A stretch of DNA of 64,000 nucleotides from a virus. The notes below the pieces were generated by a model, which did not search any database, had not been told where the DNA came from, and worked only from the letters and a program-made list of their open reading frames with translations. How positions within the stretch are numbered: position 1 is the first letter of the stretch; the number at the start of each line of letters is the position of its first letter. Location: IMG/VR virus record IMGVR_UViG_3300020182_000023, positions 14,697 through 78,696 of that record; one strand, given 5' to 3'. Of the stretch, positions 29,288 through 38,767 are shown in pieces. The position numbers were made by a program, and so were the translations under genes.

Positions 29288-29467
29288 ATGAAAAAGTATA
29301 AACAAAATTTAAGAGTAGAAAACAAAAAAGTGTTTAGTTACAATACGCACGTTGCAACAATTGAGAGTGATAATTTAATGCAGTTGGGCTATTGGTCTAT
29401 GACTACTCAGAAGCACATTAACTATGTGGCAAACGAATTTAATTTAAATTTAGTTAAGCCTAGTTAA
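29288..29467 (+). CDS. Small early protein (missed by ORF track)
   Basis: MKKYKQNLRVENKKVFSYNTHVATI...GYWSMTTQKHINYVA; SY.T.VA / S.TT.KHI pattern common in phage early genes. Confidence 0.55.
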   Translation: MKKYKQNLRVENKKVFSYNTHVATIESDNLMQLGYWSMTTQKHINYVANEFNLNLVKPS

Positions 29468-29512
29468 ACACTTTATAGCCTTATTAGGCGCAAAATATTA
29501 AAAACTATAATA

Positions 29513-29740
29513 ATGAAAACACTAGTTGACGAAATGACGGGGCGAAAAGATTTTCCAATATTCAATGGAAGTGATGAAAATATTTGTAAATGGGTTAATT
29601 CAAACATTGATTCAATGGAAGGCTTAAATGAACCTCATTCATGTACTGCTGAGTTAATAGACGGTACTATATGCATAATCGGAGATGAAGATTTAAGAGA
29701 ACTAAGAATTGTAAGAGTAGAAACTATTGATGTTAATTAA
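29513..29740 (+). CDS. Early hypothetical protein
   Basis: 75 aa ORF. Confidence 0.5.
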   Translation: MKTLVDEMTGRKDFPIFNGSDENICKWVNSNIDSMEGLNEPHSCTAELIDGTICIIGDEDLRELRIVRVETIDVN

Positions 29741-29806
29741 CAATTTTTAACACTAACATACAAAACAAATAAACTACATTTGAATAATTAAACAAAATAA
29801 AAGATT

Positions 29807-30469
29807 ATGAAAACTTATATTCAAAAAAAGATTGAGAAAATAATGCAAACGTCAACGGGTAAATCAATGTGCGACAGCGGAGGCGAAAACGGTAGACACT
29901 GGCAAAGGAATCAAAACAGAAAGCTAAACTTTAATGAGGATATAAAGTTAGATGAGTACGGGGCAATTATTCCTATTCATGTTTATATGAATACAATGTT
30001 TGAGTGTGATGATGTTACGGCTATGTTCAACCGTAAATTAAGCAAGGGTTATTTTTGGGTTCAAGATGCGTTTGATGTATTGTCTGAGTCTTTTGAATTA
30101 GATGCTGATGGATATTTATGTTCAAGTGAGGCTAACAACACTTACAACAGCGAAAACAACCTTTCGCAAAACTTTCAGTACCAATTAATAGGCTTTAACG
30201 GTGATGTATATTGCTTATTTCAATTGCATCAAGGTGCGGATATTAGAGGCGGATATACAAGCACGCAAGTATTCAAAGTTAACGACCCTGACTACTTTTT
30301 TATAGGTTGGTCGGTTGACTTTTACGATAATAGTAACGATGAGCAATTTGAATGTTTTTATTCAATTGGTGATGATGAAAGGTACGAACTGAACGAATCA
30401 AAACAATGCTTTATAAATAAAGAAACAAGTGAAGAGGTTTATCCTTATTCATCCGCAACGGGTTATTAA
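29807..30469 (+). CDS. Early acidic protein (TG.SMCDSGG.NGRHWQRNQ family)
   Basis: 220 aa after a TACATTTG box; NTYN, HQGADIRGGYT motifs. Confidence 0.6.
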   Translation: MKTYIQKKIEKIMQTSTGKSMCDSGGENGRHWQRNQNRKLNFNEDIKLDEYGAIIPIHVYMNTMFECDDVTAMFNRKLSKGYFWVQDAFDVLSESFELDADGYLCSSEANNTYNSENNLSQNFQYQLIGFNGDVYCLFQLHQGADIRGGYTSTQVFKVNDPDYFFIGWSVDFYDNSNDEQFECFYSIGDDERYELNESKQCFINKETSEEVYPYSSATGY

Positions 30470-30537
30470 TATAATTTAACTTTTCAATACATAAACAATT
30501 ATATACATTTGAATTATTAATTTTAAAACAAAACAAA

Positions 30538-30888
30538 ATGAAAACAATTAAAGAATTTTTAGGAACACTTACAACAGAATTAGACCTTCAATATAATTAT
30601 CAAGATGATATGACCTTTGGAGAATTTGAAGAGGCTATTGATACCTATATTAGAGAATCAAGCGATGTTATTTACTACTCTAAAGCGATGGAGTTTTTAC
30701 AGGAACATGACCCTAGTTTGAGAGAAAGTTTAGGGCTTGCATCGGATTTAGGATATGACCCTAGCGACTTAAATAGCGAAATTTTAGCCACGCTATTAAA
30801 CCAACAGAAACTATTTGAAGAGTGGAGCGAATTATCCAGCGAAATAGAAGAGTATTTTGATGAATATAAAAAATACCTTGAATTATAA
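30538..30888 (+). CDS. Ocr-like acidic DNA-mimic (anti-restriction) candidate
   Basis: 116 aa, very D/E-rich, helical, VIYYSKAMEFL core, acidic aromatic C-terminus, early region. Confidence 0.45.
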   Translation: MKTIKEFLGTLTTELDLQYNYQDDMTFGEFEEAIDTYIRESSDVIYYSKAMEFLQEHDPSLRESLGLASDLGYDPSDLNSEILATLLNQQKLFEEWSELSSEIEEYFDEYKKYLEL

Positions 30889-30914
30889 GGGGAGAAGGAA
30901 GAAATTTAAAACTT

Positions 30915-31508
30915 TTGTTTTGTTTATATCCGTCTAACATTGGGATGTTCTGTCCCTTTGTTTTAGGCGGGGAATTAACAAGGCAAGTAAATAAAATAAA
31001 GATTATGAAAACAAATATTAGAATATCAACAGACTATTACGGTCAAGGCGCATACAACGAATTTAGAGACGAAATAAACTACTTAGTCAATGAATGTATT
31101 GAATGTTATTGCGAAGTAAAAAACAATTCGCTTGTTAATCAAGTTGAAGAAGAAAAAAACTACATGACCTACAAAGGGCAGTTTAAAAACAAAACTATCG
31201 TGGAGGCGAAGGGATACTCTCAAGGAAACTGGCAAACATACACTTTGCATCATAACCTAGATGAAAATAACGATGATTTAATGCGCTTAGTTGATGAGCT
31301 TGAAAAAAGCTTTACGCATATGAACGACTACACGGTCGAAAAGTTTGAAAGCGAAGAAATAAATGGCAAAGTATTCAATGCAGAACCACACGACTACACA
31401 AACTTTTCAATAAGGCACATTGAGTTTCCTGATGAAGATGACGTATTGAAGGAATATTTAGAAATATATGGAAAAGATTTTGACGAATGTATAACTGATT
31501 TAAAATGA
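30915..31508 (+). CDS. Early acidic protein (true start probably about 31005)
   Basis: GYSQGNW motif; acidic. Confidence 0.55.
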   Translation: MFCLYPSNIGMFCPFVLGGELTRQVNKIKIMKTNIRISTDYYGQGAYNEFRDEINYLVNECIECYCEVKNNSLVNQVEEEKNYMTYKGQFKNKTIVEAKGYSQGNWQTYTLHHNLDENNDDLMRLVDELEKSFTHMNDYTVEKFESEEINGKVFNAEPHDYTNFSIRHIEFPDEDDVLKEYLEIYGKDFDECITDLK

Positions 31509-31786
31509 AAGCAAGAATTACTAAACACGGTCAACACTTAAACGGTTGGTATATATACCTAGAAAATTGTGATGATTGGTTAAATTATAATCCTCACTTC
31601 GGAAAGGAATTTAATGTGTATTCCAGCGATGGAATTATTTACATAGAGAAACCATTTTTAAATTTTTCAGGAACATTAAGGAAACTATCAAAAAAAGGAA
31701 GGTTTTATTTAACATCAGACGAATTAGAAGAAGGAATATATACAATAATAGAAATTGACAGCGAAACACTAGAAATAGATTTATGA
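31505..31786 (+). CDS. Hypothetical protein
   Basis: 93 aa coupled ORF. Confidence 0.55.
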   Translation: MKARITKHGQHLNGWYIYLENCDDWLNYNPHFGKEFNVYSSDGIIYIEKPFLNFSGTLRKLSKKGRFYLTSDELEEGIYTIIEIDSETLEIDL

Positions 31787-31860
31787 AAACATTTAACAGA
31801 CTAAGCATATTAACATTTATTATTTTGGTAGGTGGATTTATTGCAATAAGTTTGTGTTTG

Positions 31861-31881
31861 TTATAACGTTGAGTGTAGTGC
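31861..31881 (+). repeat. Collapsed attC-like remnant D
   Basis: taTAACGTTgagtgtagtgc: stop-overlapping TAAC fused to a GTT..gtgtagtgc near-complementary to gcattacac..aac at 32186-32199. Confidence 0.35.
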
Positions 31882-31909
31882 GGATTATTAACAAATAAAT
31901 TTAATTGAA

Positions 31910-32186
31910 ATGGCTGAAATTAATTATAGTAAAGAGAATTGTTGGAGAATAAAATACATTCCCAATAGATTGCACTAAAGAAAAAAATAGACATGGTGAT
32001 TGGCGAATTGTAGTACCCAAAATGGCAATGAGTTATGACGTTTTTATTGATATAGAAACATCTATTACACACATGGAAAGTTATGGTATTAGATACAATT
32101 ACATAGAGGGTGTCGCTAGTATGAATGTAACGGATAAAGGACTAAAAGAATTACAAGAAATGACTGACGTTATACGCATAGTTTAG
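31910..32186 (+). pseudogene. Disrupted cassette ORF
   Basis: The ATG frame stops after 22 codons; a long open frame NTFPIDCTKEKNRHGDWR...IRIV* lacks an in-frame start at its 5' end. Confidence 0.4.
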
Positions 32187-32192
32187 CATTAC

Positions 32193-32288
32193 ACAAAACG
32201 GGTAGGTATATGATTAGTGTGCGATTGCACTAACCTTTGAATTAAAACAAATATTAACTAAGCACATTAACTATATACATTGTTAGGG
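32193..32288 (+). repeat. attC-like hairpin E (long type)
   Basis: acaaAAC-gggtag-gtatatgattagtgtgc...gcacattaactatatac-att-GTTAGGG. Confidence 0.6.
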
Positions 32289-32308
32289 TGCGTTTAAATT
32301 AAATTATT

Positions 32309-32512
32309 ATGACTTACGAAGACTTTTTATTCTCACAATTATTTATGAACCACGTTGAGAATAACGAAACACAATATCAAGAACTTGAATATGACTTGAT
32401 ATTCCCCGAAGTATTAAAGCACCAAAATCTATTCTTAAAATCTAATTACAATTTAGACGTTTGTAGCGAATACGATTGCATAGTAAACTACCTTCTTAAT
32501 GAAGTGAAGTAA
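32309..32512 (+). CDS. Cassette-borne hypothetical protein
   Basis: 67 aa; cassette starts GTTAGGGT and ends ACCCTAAC. Confidence 0.6.
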   Translation: MTYEDFLFSQLFMNHVENNETQYQELEYDLIFPEVLKHQNLFLKSNYNLDVCSEYDCIVNYLLNEVK

Positions 32513-32516
32513 TGAA

Positions 32517-32610
32517 CCCTAACGTTTAGTATAAGATTAGTGCGCTAAACTATAAACTTTGAATTAAGCACTAACATAACCAAGCGCATTAATTTTATAC
32601 ATTGTTATGC
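32517..32610 (+). repeat. attC-like hairpin F (long type)
   Basis: CCCTAAC-gttta-gtataagattagtgcgct...agcgcattaattttatac-att-GTTATGC. Confidence 0.75.
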
Positions 32611-32628
32611 GCTTTTAATTAAATTATT

Positions 32629-32814
32629 ATGGACTACAAATTAATTGACAACATTGAAGTAGATGGAATAGACACTAAAGACTATCCAGATTTTTGTGAC
32701 GCATTTATAGCAAGTGCGAAATATAATGGAAAACCAATGACTGACGAGCAATTAGATGAATTAAATGAGGATGGCGGATTTGTTTATAAATGTGTGGAAA
32801 ATCATTTGTTCTAA
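32629..32814 (+). CDS. Cassette-borne small acidic protein (DGID..DYPDFCDAFI family)
   Basis: 61 aa; cassette starts GTTATGCGC and ends GCGCATAAC. Confidence 0.65.
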   Translation: MDYKLIDNIEVDGIDTKDYPDFCDAFIASAKYNGKPMTDEQLDELNEDGGFVYKCVENHLF

Positions 32815-32818
32815 TTGC

Positions 32819-32911
32819 GCATAACACCAAGCTAAGAAACGTAAAGCGCAGCACAATGTTTAATCTTAGCACAATACTATATTGCTTTATGGTGTATAGG
32901 TTGTGTTAGCA
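32819..32911 (+). repeat. attC-like hairpin G (hybrid)
   Basis: GCATAAC-accaagctaagaaacgtaaagcg (same left arm as site J)...GTTAGCA. Confidence 0.6.
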
Positions 32912-32988
32912 AATCGTTTAATTATGAATTTACAAGCAACAGATATATTATTAGCAGTATTTAAAGCAATAGCAATTACATTTTACAT

Positions 32989-33216
32989 TTGCTCAATGGT
33001 TTTATTTTTAATATACTTAGCATTATGAATGATTTAAACAAGGCAGATATTATTTCGCACGGCGAGATATTGAAGAAGGAACTAGAACAACAAGGAGCAA
33101 AAGAATTAACAGCTCACAGCGATTTAGGAGTGGCTTTAACGGCTAAACAAATGGATTTGGTGTGTGAGTATAAAGAAGTAATTAAAACGCTTAAACAATT
33201 AAAAAAAAAGATATGA
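32989..33216 (+). CDS. Hypothetical protein (probable ATG about 33025)
   Basis: ORF. Confidence 0.5.
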   Translation: MLNGFIFNILSIMNDLNKADIISHGEILKKELEQQGAKELTAHSDLGVALTAKQMDLVCEYKEVIKTLKQLKKKI

Positions 33217-33353
33217 TATACAAATTTATATATTGGTTAATGCTTGCTTCATTAGGAGCATTAGCTTGGGGAGTTATTATAGGGTTTATTTATACCGTCC
33301 TTTGTGGGATGGCGGAATTTATAGGATTAATTTAAATACCTATATTTGCAACC

Positions 33354-33440
33354 TAAGAGCGTGAGACCTCAACTTAAAACATTTAGATAATTCCTTGCCG
33401 AGAACCCTTCGGTCTCACGCCTTCTTGGTGGGGGATTATC
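33354..33440 (+). ncRNA. Putative kissing-loop leader RNA, copy 2
   Basis: gag-CGTGAGAC-ctc; gataattcctt.gccgagaa..GTCTCACG..ttcttggt.gggggattatc; directly after TATATTTG (33341-33348). Confidence 0.55.
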
Positions 33441-33458
33441 GACTTTATTATAATTATT

Positions 33459-33944
33459 ATGGCTGATAGAACACACGGAATGTCTAGCACTAGGGAATAC
33501 AAGGTATGGAAGACTATAAAAGATAGGTGCTATGGAATTAATAGCGATTGCTATGACAGATACGGAGGCAGAGGTATAGTTATGCAGTATAATTGGATTA
33601 ACAACTACATAGAATACTATAATTATGCAAGTAAGATAGATGGATTCTCAGACCCTAATAAATCAATAGATAGAATAGATTCTAATGGAAACTACGAAGA
33701 GGGTAATATTAAATTCTCTACCCCTAGTCAACAATGCGCTAATAGAAGGCTATTCAAGAACTCTAAATCAGGCTACACTGGCGTAGTTAAAAAAGGAAAG
33801 AAATACGAGGCTACCATAAGCGTTAACGGTAAAAGGATATATATAGGAAGGCATAAAGACCCTAAAGTATTGGCTATAATGAGAGACGAATATATAATCA
33901 AAAACAATCTTACCGAGTACCCACTTCAAATTTTAAATAGATGA
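33459..33944 (+). CDS. HNH-AP2 homing endonuclease
   Basis: THGMS.TREY..W..IK.RC, YGGRGI, SIDRIDSNGNYE.GN, SGYTGV...Y.ATI...GKRIYIG (AP2). Confidence 0.8.
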   Translation: MADRTHGMSSTREYKVWKTIKDRCYGINSDCYDRYGGRGIVMQYNWINNYIEYYNYASKIDGFSDPNKSIDRIDSNGNYEEGNIKFSTPSQQCANRRLFKNSKSGYTGVVKKGKKYEATISVNGKRIYIGRHKDPKVLAIMRDEYIIKNNLTEYPLQILNR

Positions 33945-35899
33945 ATAAAGTATCAGTATTCAAGCACTATAAAGACACTCACAGCCCTATACACGCAGAT
34001 GTATTTGGTATCTTAGAAAAGATAAAGACTGGAGGTAACGAGAAAGAACTAATCGAACACATAAGAACCTTAGAAGGTGATGAATATAAGAAAGAGAAAC
34101 TAAAACTGCCGTTAATTTGCTTTGGTGGTACGTTTGGGAATAGAAGTAAAGACGGAATTATTAACGGTTCGGGTATGATTCCATTAGATTTTGATGAAGG
34201 CACTGAGGATGAACTTAATGAACTTAGAAAAACATTAGAGTCTCAGCCATACACAATAGCAGTATTCTCTTCGCCACGTTTAAGAGGTAGATTTAAAGCT
34301 CTTATACGCATCCCTGTTACATCTTCGGATGAAGAGTTCAAAAAGTATTTTGCCGCCTTAAAAAAGGAGTATAAGACCATAGACCCTAGTGGTAAAGATA
34401 TTTCCAGAGCATCGTTCTTCACCTACGACCCTGATATTTACATTAACAAAGATGCTACGGTGTGGGATATTAAATACGAAACACCTAAGCAAAAGAAAAC
34501 AACAGAAAGATATACAGTTAGAGATTGGGATTCTGTTACCAATGCACTAAAGAAAATCGAGACAGCAGAAGATGGGTATAAGCATTTAGCTAGAACTAAG
34601 ATTGCATATTTAATGGGAGGTTGGATTAGCGCAAAGCAAATTAACTACCAAGAGGCAATGAAATTATTAGAGGATGCCGTTGCTAAGAATACAACAGACC
34701 TTGATGCTGCAATGAAAACCGTTAAGGATTGTGTACAAGCAGGAATGAACGCCCCACTTAATATGTCAGAGCAAAGAGAGGTATTAAAACTATCCGTTGC
34801 AGCCCCTAGAAGGTATAAGCCTATGTCTGAGGTATGGGATGATGTACAGAATTTCTATGAAACGGGCTATAAGCGTGGTTGGGATGTTGGGTTTAATTGT
34901 GCTAAAGAATATCTTAGCATCTTAGAGGGTAGTACTAGTTATGTTTATGCTGCGCCTGCTGCTGGTAAAACTCAGGTTTGGATGGAGATACTTATGAATA
35001 TAACCATTGACAGAGTTAGGAGTGGGGAAGATTTTTACAATCAAATATTCACGCCCGAAACGGGAGATGTAGCACAAGTGTATGGGGAGTTAATTAGTAT
35101 TCACGCTAAGAAATCTTTTGTTGGTAAATATAAGATGTCGGAAGATGAAATGAAAGCATCTGCTGATTTTGTATCTAAGTACTTTTTGATATTAGACTAC
35201 GAAGGAGATACGGCTGATATGAAAGGAATATTAACACAAGTGGAGGCTGCTGAAAGAGAATTTGGAATACATATTAATACGGTTACTATTGACCCGTTAA
35301 ACTACCTATCTTTTGATGAGGGTAGATATAGTAGAAGGGATTTATCCATTGCTAAGGATTTAGATTTATTCCTTGCTGATGCCCGAAAAAATAAAAGGCA
35401 TAACTGTATAATAACCCATGCACGCGACCAGCAAGCAATTAAAAATAATGATGGTCAATGGTATTATCCGTTAGTCAGCCCTAGAATGATTTTAGATGGG
35501 CAACAGTTTTTTAGAAAAGGTATGTTAATGATTAGTATATACAGACCATTAGATATAAAGAATGAGCCTTTAGCTGATGATAACGGTTATCCCGCAGAGC
35601 AGAACGAAACCCAAGTATGGATACAGAAAGCTAAACCTAAAGGCTGCGCTAAGGTAGGTATGTTTAAATTATTCTACGACTTTAAGGCTAATAGATATTA
35701 CGAGAAAGACGAACAAGGTAGAGAGTTCTTTGCTTGGGGAGTACCTAGACAGCAAGAAGATAAATTTCCGCCAATACAAAAGGAGATAAAGCAAATACCC
35801 CCCGTTAAGAAAGAAGAGGACTCATTAAAAGCTAACACAAGTTTTGATGAGCCAACCCCAATAATAGATGATATTGAAATAATGGAATCCCCATTTTAA
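33941..35899 (+). CDS. Primase-helicase fusion (BT4734/VirE-N-like primase + SF4 helicase)
   Basis: K.KLP.ICFGGTF, PLDFD, F.SP...GRFKAL, D.SGKDISRA.F..YDP; Walker A AAPAAGKT, VTIDP, ITH. Confidence 0.8.
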   Translation: MNKVSVFKHYKDTHSPIHADVFGILEKIKTGGNEKELIEHIRTLEGDEYKKEKLKLPLICFGGTFGNRSKDGIINGSGMIPLDFDEGTEDELNELRKTLESQPYTIAVFSSPRLRGRFKALIRIPVTSSDEEFKKYFAALKKEYKTIDPSGKDISRASFFTYDPDIYINKDATVWDIKYETPKQKKTTERYTVRDWDSVTNALKKIETAEDGYKHLARTKIAYLMGGWISAKQINYQEAMKLLEDAVAKNTTDLDAAMKTVKDCVQAGMNAPLNMSEQREVLKLSVAAPRRYKPMSEVWDDVQNFYETGYKRGWDVGFNCAKEYLSILEGSTSYVYAAPAAGKTQVWMEILMNITIDRVRSGEDFYNQIFTPETGDVAQVYGELISIHAKKSFVGKYKMSEDEMKASADFVSKYFLILDYEGDTADMKGILTQVEAAEREFGIHINTVTIDPLNYLSFDEGRYSRRDLSIAKDLDLFLADARKNKRHNCIITHARDQQAIKNNDGQWYYPLVSPRMILDGQQFFRKGMLMISIYRPLDIKNEPLADDNGYPAEQNETQVWIQKAKPKGCAKVGMFKLFYDFKANRYYEKDEQGREFFAWGVPRQQEDKFPPIQKEIKQIPPVKKEEDSLKANTSFDEPTPIIDDIEIMESPF

Positions 35900-35910
35900 A
35901 ACAAATAATT

Positions 35911-36150
35911 ATGAAAAAATTAACAAAAATACATTACGAAAAGAACATCCTACCAACGTATTCAGTCGAATGGAAGGAAGTTCTTAAGGATGACGAAACA
36001 AACAAAAAGTTTATAGAAATAGCTAATGAATCAGTAGTAAATGAACTTAAGATTAAAATAAAATTACTGAAATTAATGCCAACTCCAGATGAGTATAAAA
36101 AGGAAGCATTGAGCTACTTGGAATCAATGTTAAATGAGTATACTATTTAG
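35911..36150 (+). CDS. Hypothetical protein
   Basis: 79 aa ORF. Confidence 0.5.
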   Translation: MKKLTKIHYEKNILPTYSVEWKEVLKDDETNKKFIEIANESVVNELKIKIKLLKLMPTPDEYKKEALSYLESMLNEYTI

Positions 36151-36222
36151 ATTACATTAATAAATGTTAAAAAGCTTGTCAATCAGAAAGTTAAATAATA
36201 TATTTGAGTAAAATTTAGAGAT

Positions 36223-36447
36223 ATGAGCTTAACTAAAAGAAACATAGAGCAATTTAATTCTGGCTACGATGGAATGGATGATGAATACTTCTATCGCAAA
36301 GCACAAGAAGCAGAATACAGAGAAATGACAAATGAAATACCGTACTTACAGCGACTTAGGATTGAAGATGGAAAGCTTAAACAAGCTATCGAAGCATCAG
36401 CTAGAGCAGCTACTGGAAGTAATGACAAGGCATCACGGTTACATTAA
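36223..36447 (+). CDS. Hypothetical protein
   Basis: 74 aa after a TATATTTG box. Confidence 0.5.
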   Translation: MSLTKRNIEQFNSGYDGMDDEYFYRKAQEAEYREMTNEIPYLQRLRIEDGKLKQAIEASARAATGSNDKASRLH

Positions 36448-36638
36448 TAGTGAGTTTACAGAGAAAAGAAAGAAAGTAATTGAACATTTAATAAAAGAAA
36501 GATGAACTACGATGATTACAAGCTATCTAATCCTTACGATGACGAGGATGTATTTGGAAATACAATTGATAGTGAAGAAGAGGAAAACGAAGCTGCTGAT
36601 AGAGCAGATGATTATAATGATGAATTAAAACTAGAAGA

Positions 36639-36837
36639 ATGAAAAATATATACAAAGCATTAGCTGATTTTCAGCAAGAAGTCAAGTATAACATACCAGT
36701 TTTTATATAATACTACTTACATTTGTTGTATGGAAAAATGGAAAAATATAAAAAATTTTGAAGGTATTTATAAGGTTTCAAATAAAGGTAATGTAAAAAG
36801 CCTAAAAAGAAAGAGAATTATTTTTATTAAACATTAA
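36639..36837 (+). pseudogene. ERF 5' remnant plus NUMOD4 remnant
   Basis: MKNIYKALADFQQEVK.. then TACATTTG and MEKWKNIKNFEGIYKVSNKGNVKSL..*. Confidence 0.6.
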
Positions 36838-36845
36838 ACAAAAAA

Positions 36846-37448
36846 ATGAAGAATTTAGCTAAAGCGGTACTAGCCGTAATGAAAGACGTTAAGGGCGTTG
36901 AAAAGAGTATGACTGTTGGTAGCGGAAACTACTCTTATAAAGGGGTATCGGACTACGAGGTAAAGAAGATTTACAATAAGTCTATGGCGGCTAATGGGCT
37001 GTGTATTTTGCCTATTGGAATAGTAGACGATGTAGATATTAATAGATATGAAGACCAATACGGTAAGCAGAAAATGAATGTGTTTACTAGGGTTACTTCT
37101 ACATATCTTTTACTACACGAAAGCGGGGAATCTCAAGAGTTGGTAGGTTACGGTCACGGAGTAGATACGGGAGATAAAGCAGCGGGAAAGGCTACTACAT
37201 ACGCAATGAAGTACGCTTTATTATACACATTTATGACTCCTACGGGCGCAATAGATGATTCCGATACAACCCATTCAAATGACCACGAAGCACCCGTTGT
37301 TGCACCTAAGAAAGAAGCGTTAACAGAATCTCACCCACGCTATGAAGGGGCAAAGAAAGCGTTAAGCGAAGGTAAAACTACATTAGAAGTAATTAAACAA
37401 ACATTCACCGTAAGTAAAGCGGTAGAAAAACTATTAACAAGTAAATAA
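36846..37448 (+). CDS. ERF-family ssDNA annealing protein
   Basis: LLHESGES, G.D.GDKAAGKATTYAMKYALL..F.....DD.D. Confidence 0.85.
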   Translation: MKNLAKAVLAVMKDVKGVEKSMTVGSGNYSYKGVSDYEVKKIYNKSMAANGLCILPIGIVDDVDINRYEDQYGKQKMNVFTRVTSTYLLLHESGESQELVGYGHGVDTGDKAAGKATTYAMKYALLYTFMTPTGAIDDSDTTHSNDHEAPVVAPKKEALTESHPRYEGAKKALSEGKTTLEVIKQTFTVSKAVEKLLTSK

Positions 37449-37449
37449 A

Positions 37450-37983
37450 ATGGAAGAATGGAGGGATGTTTCGGGGTATGATGGCAGGTATCAAGTTAGT
37501 AATTTAGGTAGAGTAAAGAGTCTTGATATGATTATAAATAATAGGCATAATAGTACATCTAAAAAGAAAGGAAGGATATTAAAACAGCAACCTAACAAGA
37601 AGGGTTATCTTCAGGTAAGATTATGCTACAAAAAAACACATAAAAGCTGTAGGGTGCATAGATTAATTACTGAAGCTTTTATCCCTAATCCAGAGAATAA
37701 GCCTCAAGTAAACCATATAAATGGAGTTAAGGATGATAATAGGGTTGAAAATTTAGAATGGTGTACAAATAAGGAAAATCAAATACACGCAACAAAAAAT
37801 GGGCTATTTAATCCTAATTTTGGAGAAGAGCATCATATGTCTAAGTTGACAAATAATCAAGCCAAGCACATTAGGCTACTTAAATCAAGAGGTTTTACGC
37901 TAAATAAATTATCTAAAAAATACAAACTGTCAATGACAGCGATAAGCAACATAGTAAATAATAAAACTTATATAAATATCTAA
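37450..37983 (+). CDS. NUMOD4-HNH homing endonuclease
   Basis: EEWRDVSGYDGRYQVSNLGRVKS, VHRL..EAFIPNPENKPQVNHINGVKDDNRVENLEW. Confidence 0.9.
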   Translation: MEEWRDVSGYDGRYQVSNLGRVKSLDMIINNRHNSTSKKKGRILKQQPNKKGYLQVRLCYKKTHKSCRVHRLITEAFIPNPENKPQVNHINGVKDDNRVENLEWCTNKENQIHATKNGLFNPNFGEEHHMSKLTNNQAKHIRLLKSRGFTLNKLSKKYKLSMTAISNIVNNKTYINI

Positions 37984-38002
37984 CAAGTAAATAATAAATA
38001 AG

Positions 38003-38374
38003 ATGAGTGAATTAGTAATGAAGGGTACAATAGAGAAAATCGGAAGCCTTGAACAAATATCCGATAAGTTTAAGAAGGTTGATTGGGTGCTTGATACGGG
38101 TGGAGATTATCCGCAGAAAATAGCGTTCCAAACCATTCAAAAAAACGCCGACAGCTTCGTTAAGCATAATAAAGTTGGTGACGTAGTTGAAGTTAAGTTC
38201 AACGTAAAAGGCAGAAAATGGGTCAACCCACAAGGAGAGGCTAAGTATTTCAATACACTTGAGGCTTGGTTTATCTCAAAGGCTGATGGTCAAAGTGGAG
38301 CAAGTACGCCTAACAAGGAGTTCGAGAAGCAAACGGCAGCGCCAATAGCTGAGGATAATTCACTCCCATTTTAA
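38003..38374 (+). CDS. ssDNA-binding protein (DUF3127 type)
   Basis: YPQKIAF, VGDVVEVKFNVKGRKW, KYFNTLEAW, acidic LPF tail. Confidence 0.8.
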   Translation: MSELVMKGTIEKIGSLEQISDKFKKVDWVLDTGGDYPQKIAFQTIQKNADSFVKHNKVGDVVEVKFNVKGRKWVNPQGEAKYFNTLEAWFISKADGQSGASTPNKEFEKQTAAPIAEDNSLPF

Positions 38375-38467
38375 TCTATGATTAACAATTACACAAGCAA
38401 AGCAGAGGAGGTTCTAATTGAGCCTTCTTCTGCATTGTCTTTAGCTGTTTAAAATATATTTAAAATT

Positions 38468-38647
38468 ATGAAAGAAGAAATAGAAAGTAAACTATCCCCG
38501 CAACAGATGGTAGTAATAGACTCTTTAAGAGAGCAATTAGGAGATGACACAGTTAATATACTCCTAGAGTTTGGTTATGAAATAGGTAAGGCAGATGGAG
38601 TAGAGATGTTCTTTCAGCAGACTAAAGATATTTTAAAGGAAGCATAA
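38468..38647 (+). CDS. Hypothetical 59-aa protein; stop overlaps attC-like site H
   Basis: MKEEIESKLSPQQMVVID...KEA*, TAA within GCATAAC. Confidence 0.5.
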   Translation: MKEEIESKLSPQQMVVIDSLREQLGDDTVNILLEFGYEIGKADGVEMFFQQTKDILKEA

Positions 38648-38748
38648 CGTTGAGTATAAACGGTCGTTACGGATGTGTAGATATGTTTCACAACGTTTAG
38701 AGTAAAAACTGCATAGCGTAGCGGAGTTGTTTTTAAACTTTGTTATGC
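38642..38748 (+). repeat. Composite attC-like element H/I
   Basis: GCATAACgttgagt..., second TCACAACgtttagagtaaaaac...gtttttaaactt-t-GTTATGC. Confidence 0.55.
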
Positions 38749-38767
38749 GTTGCGTAAAATTAAGATT

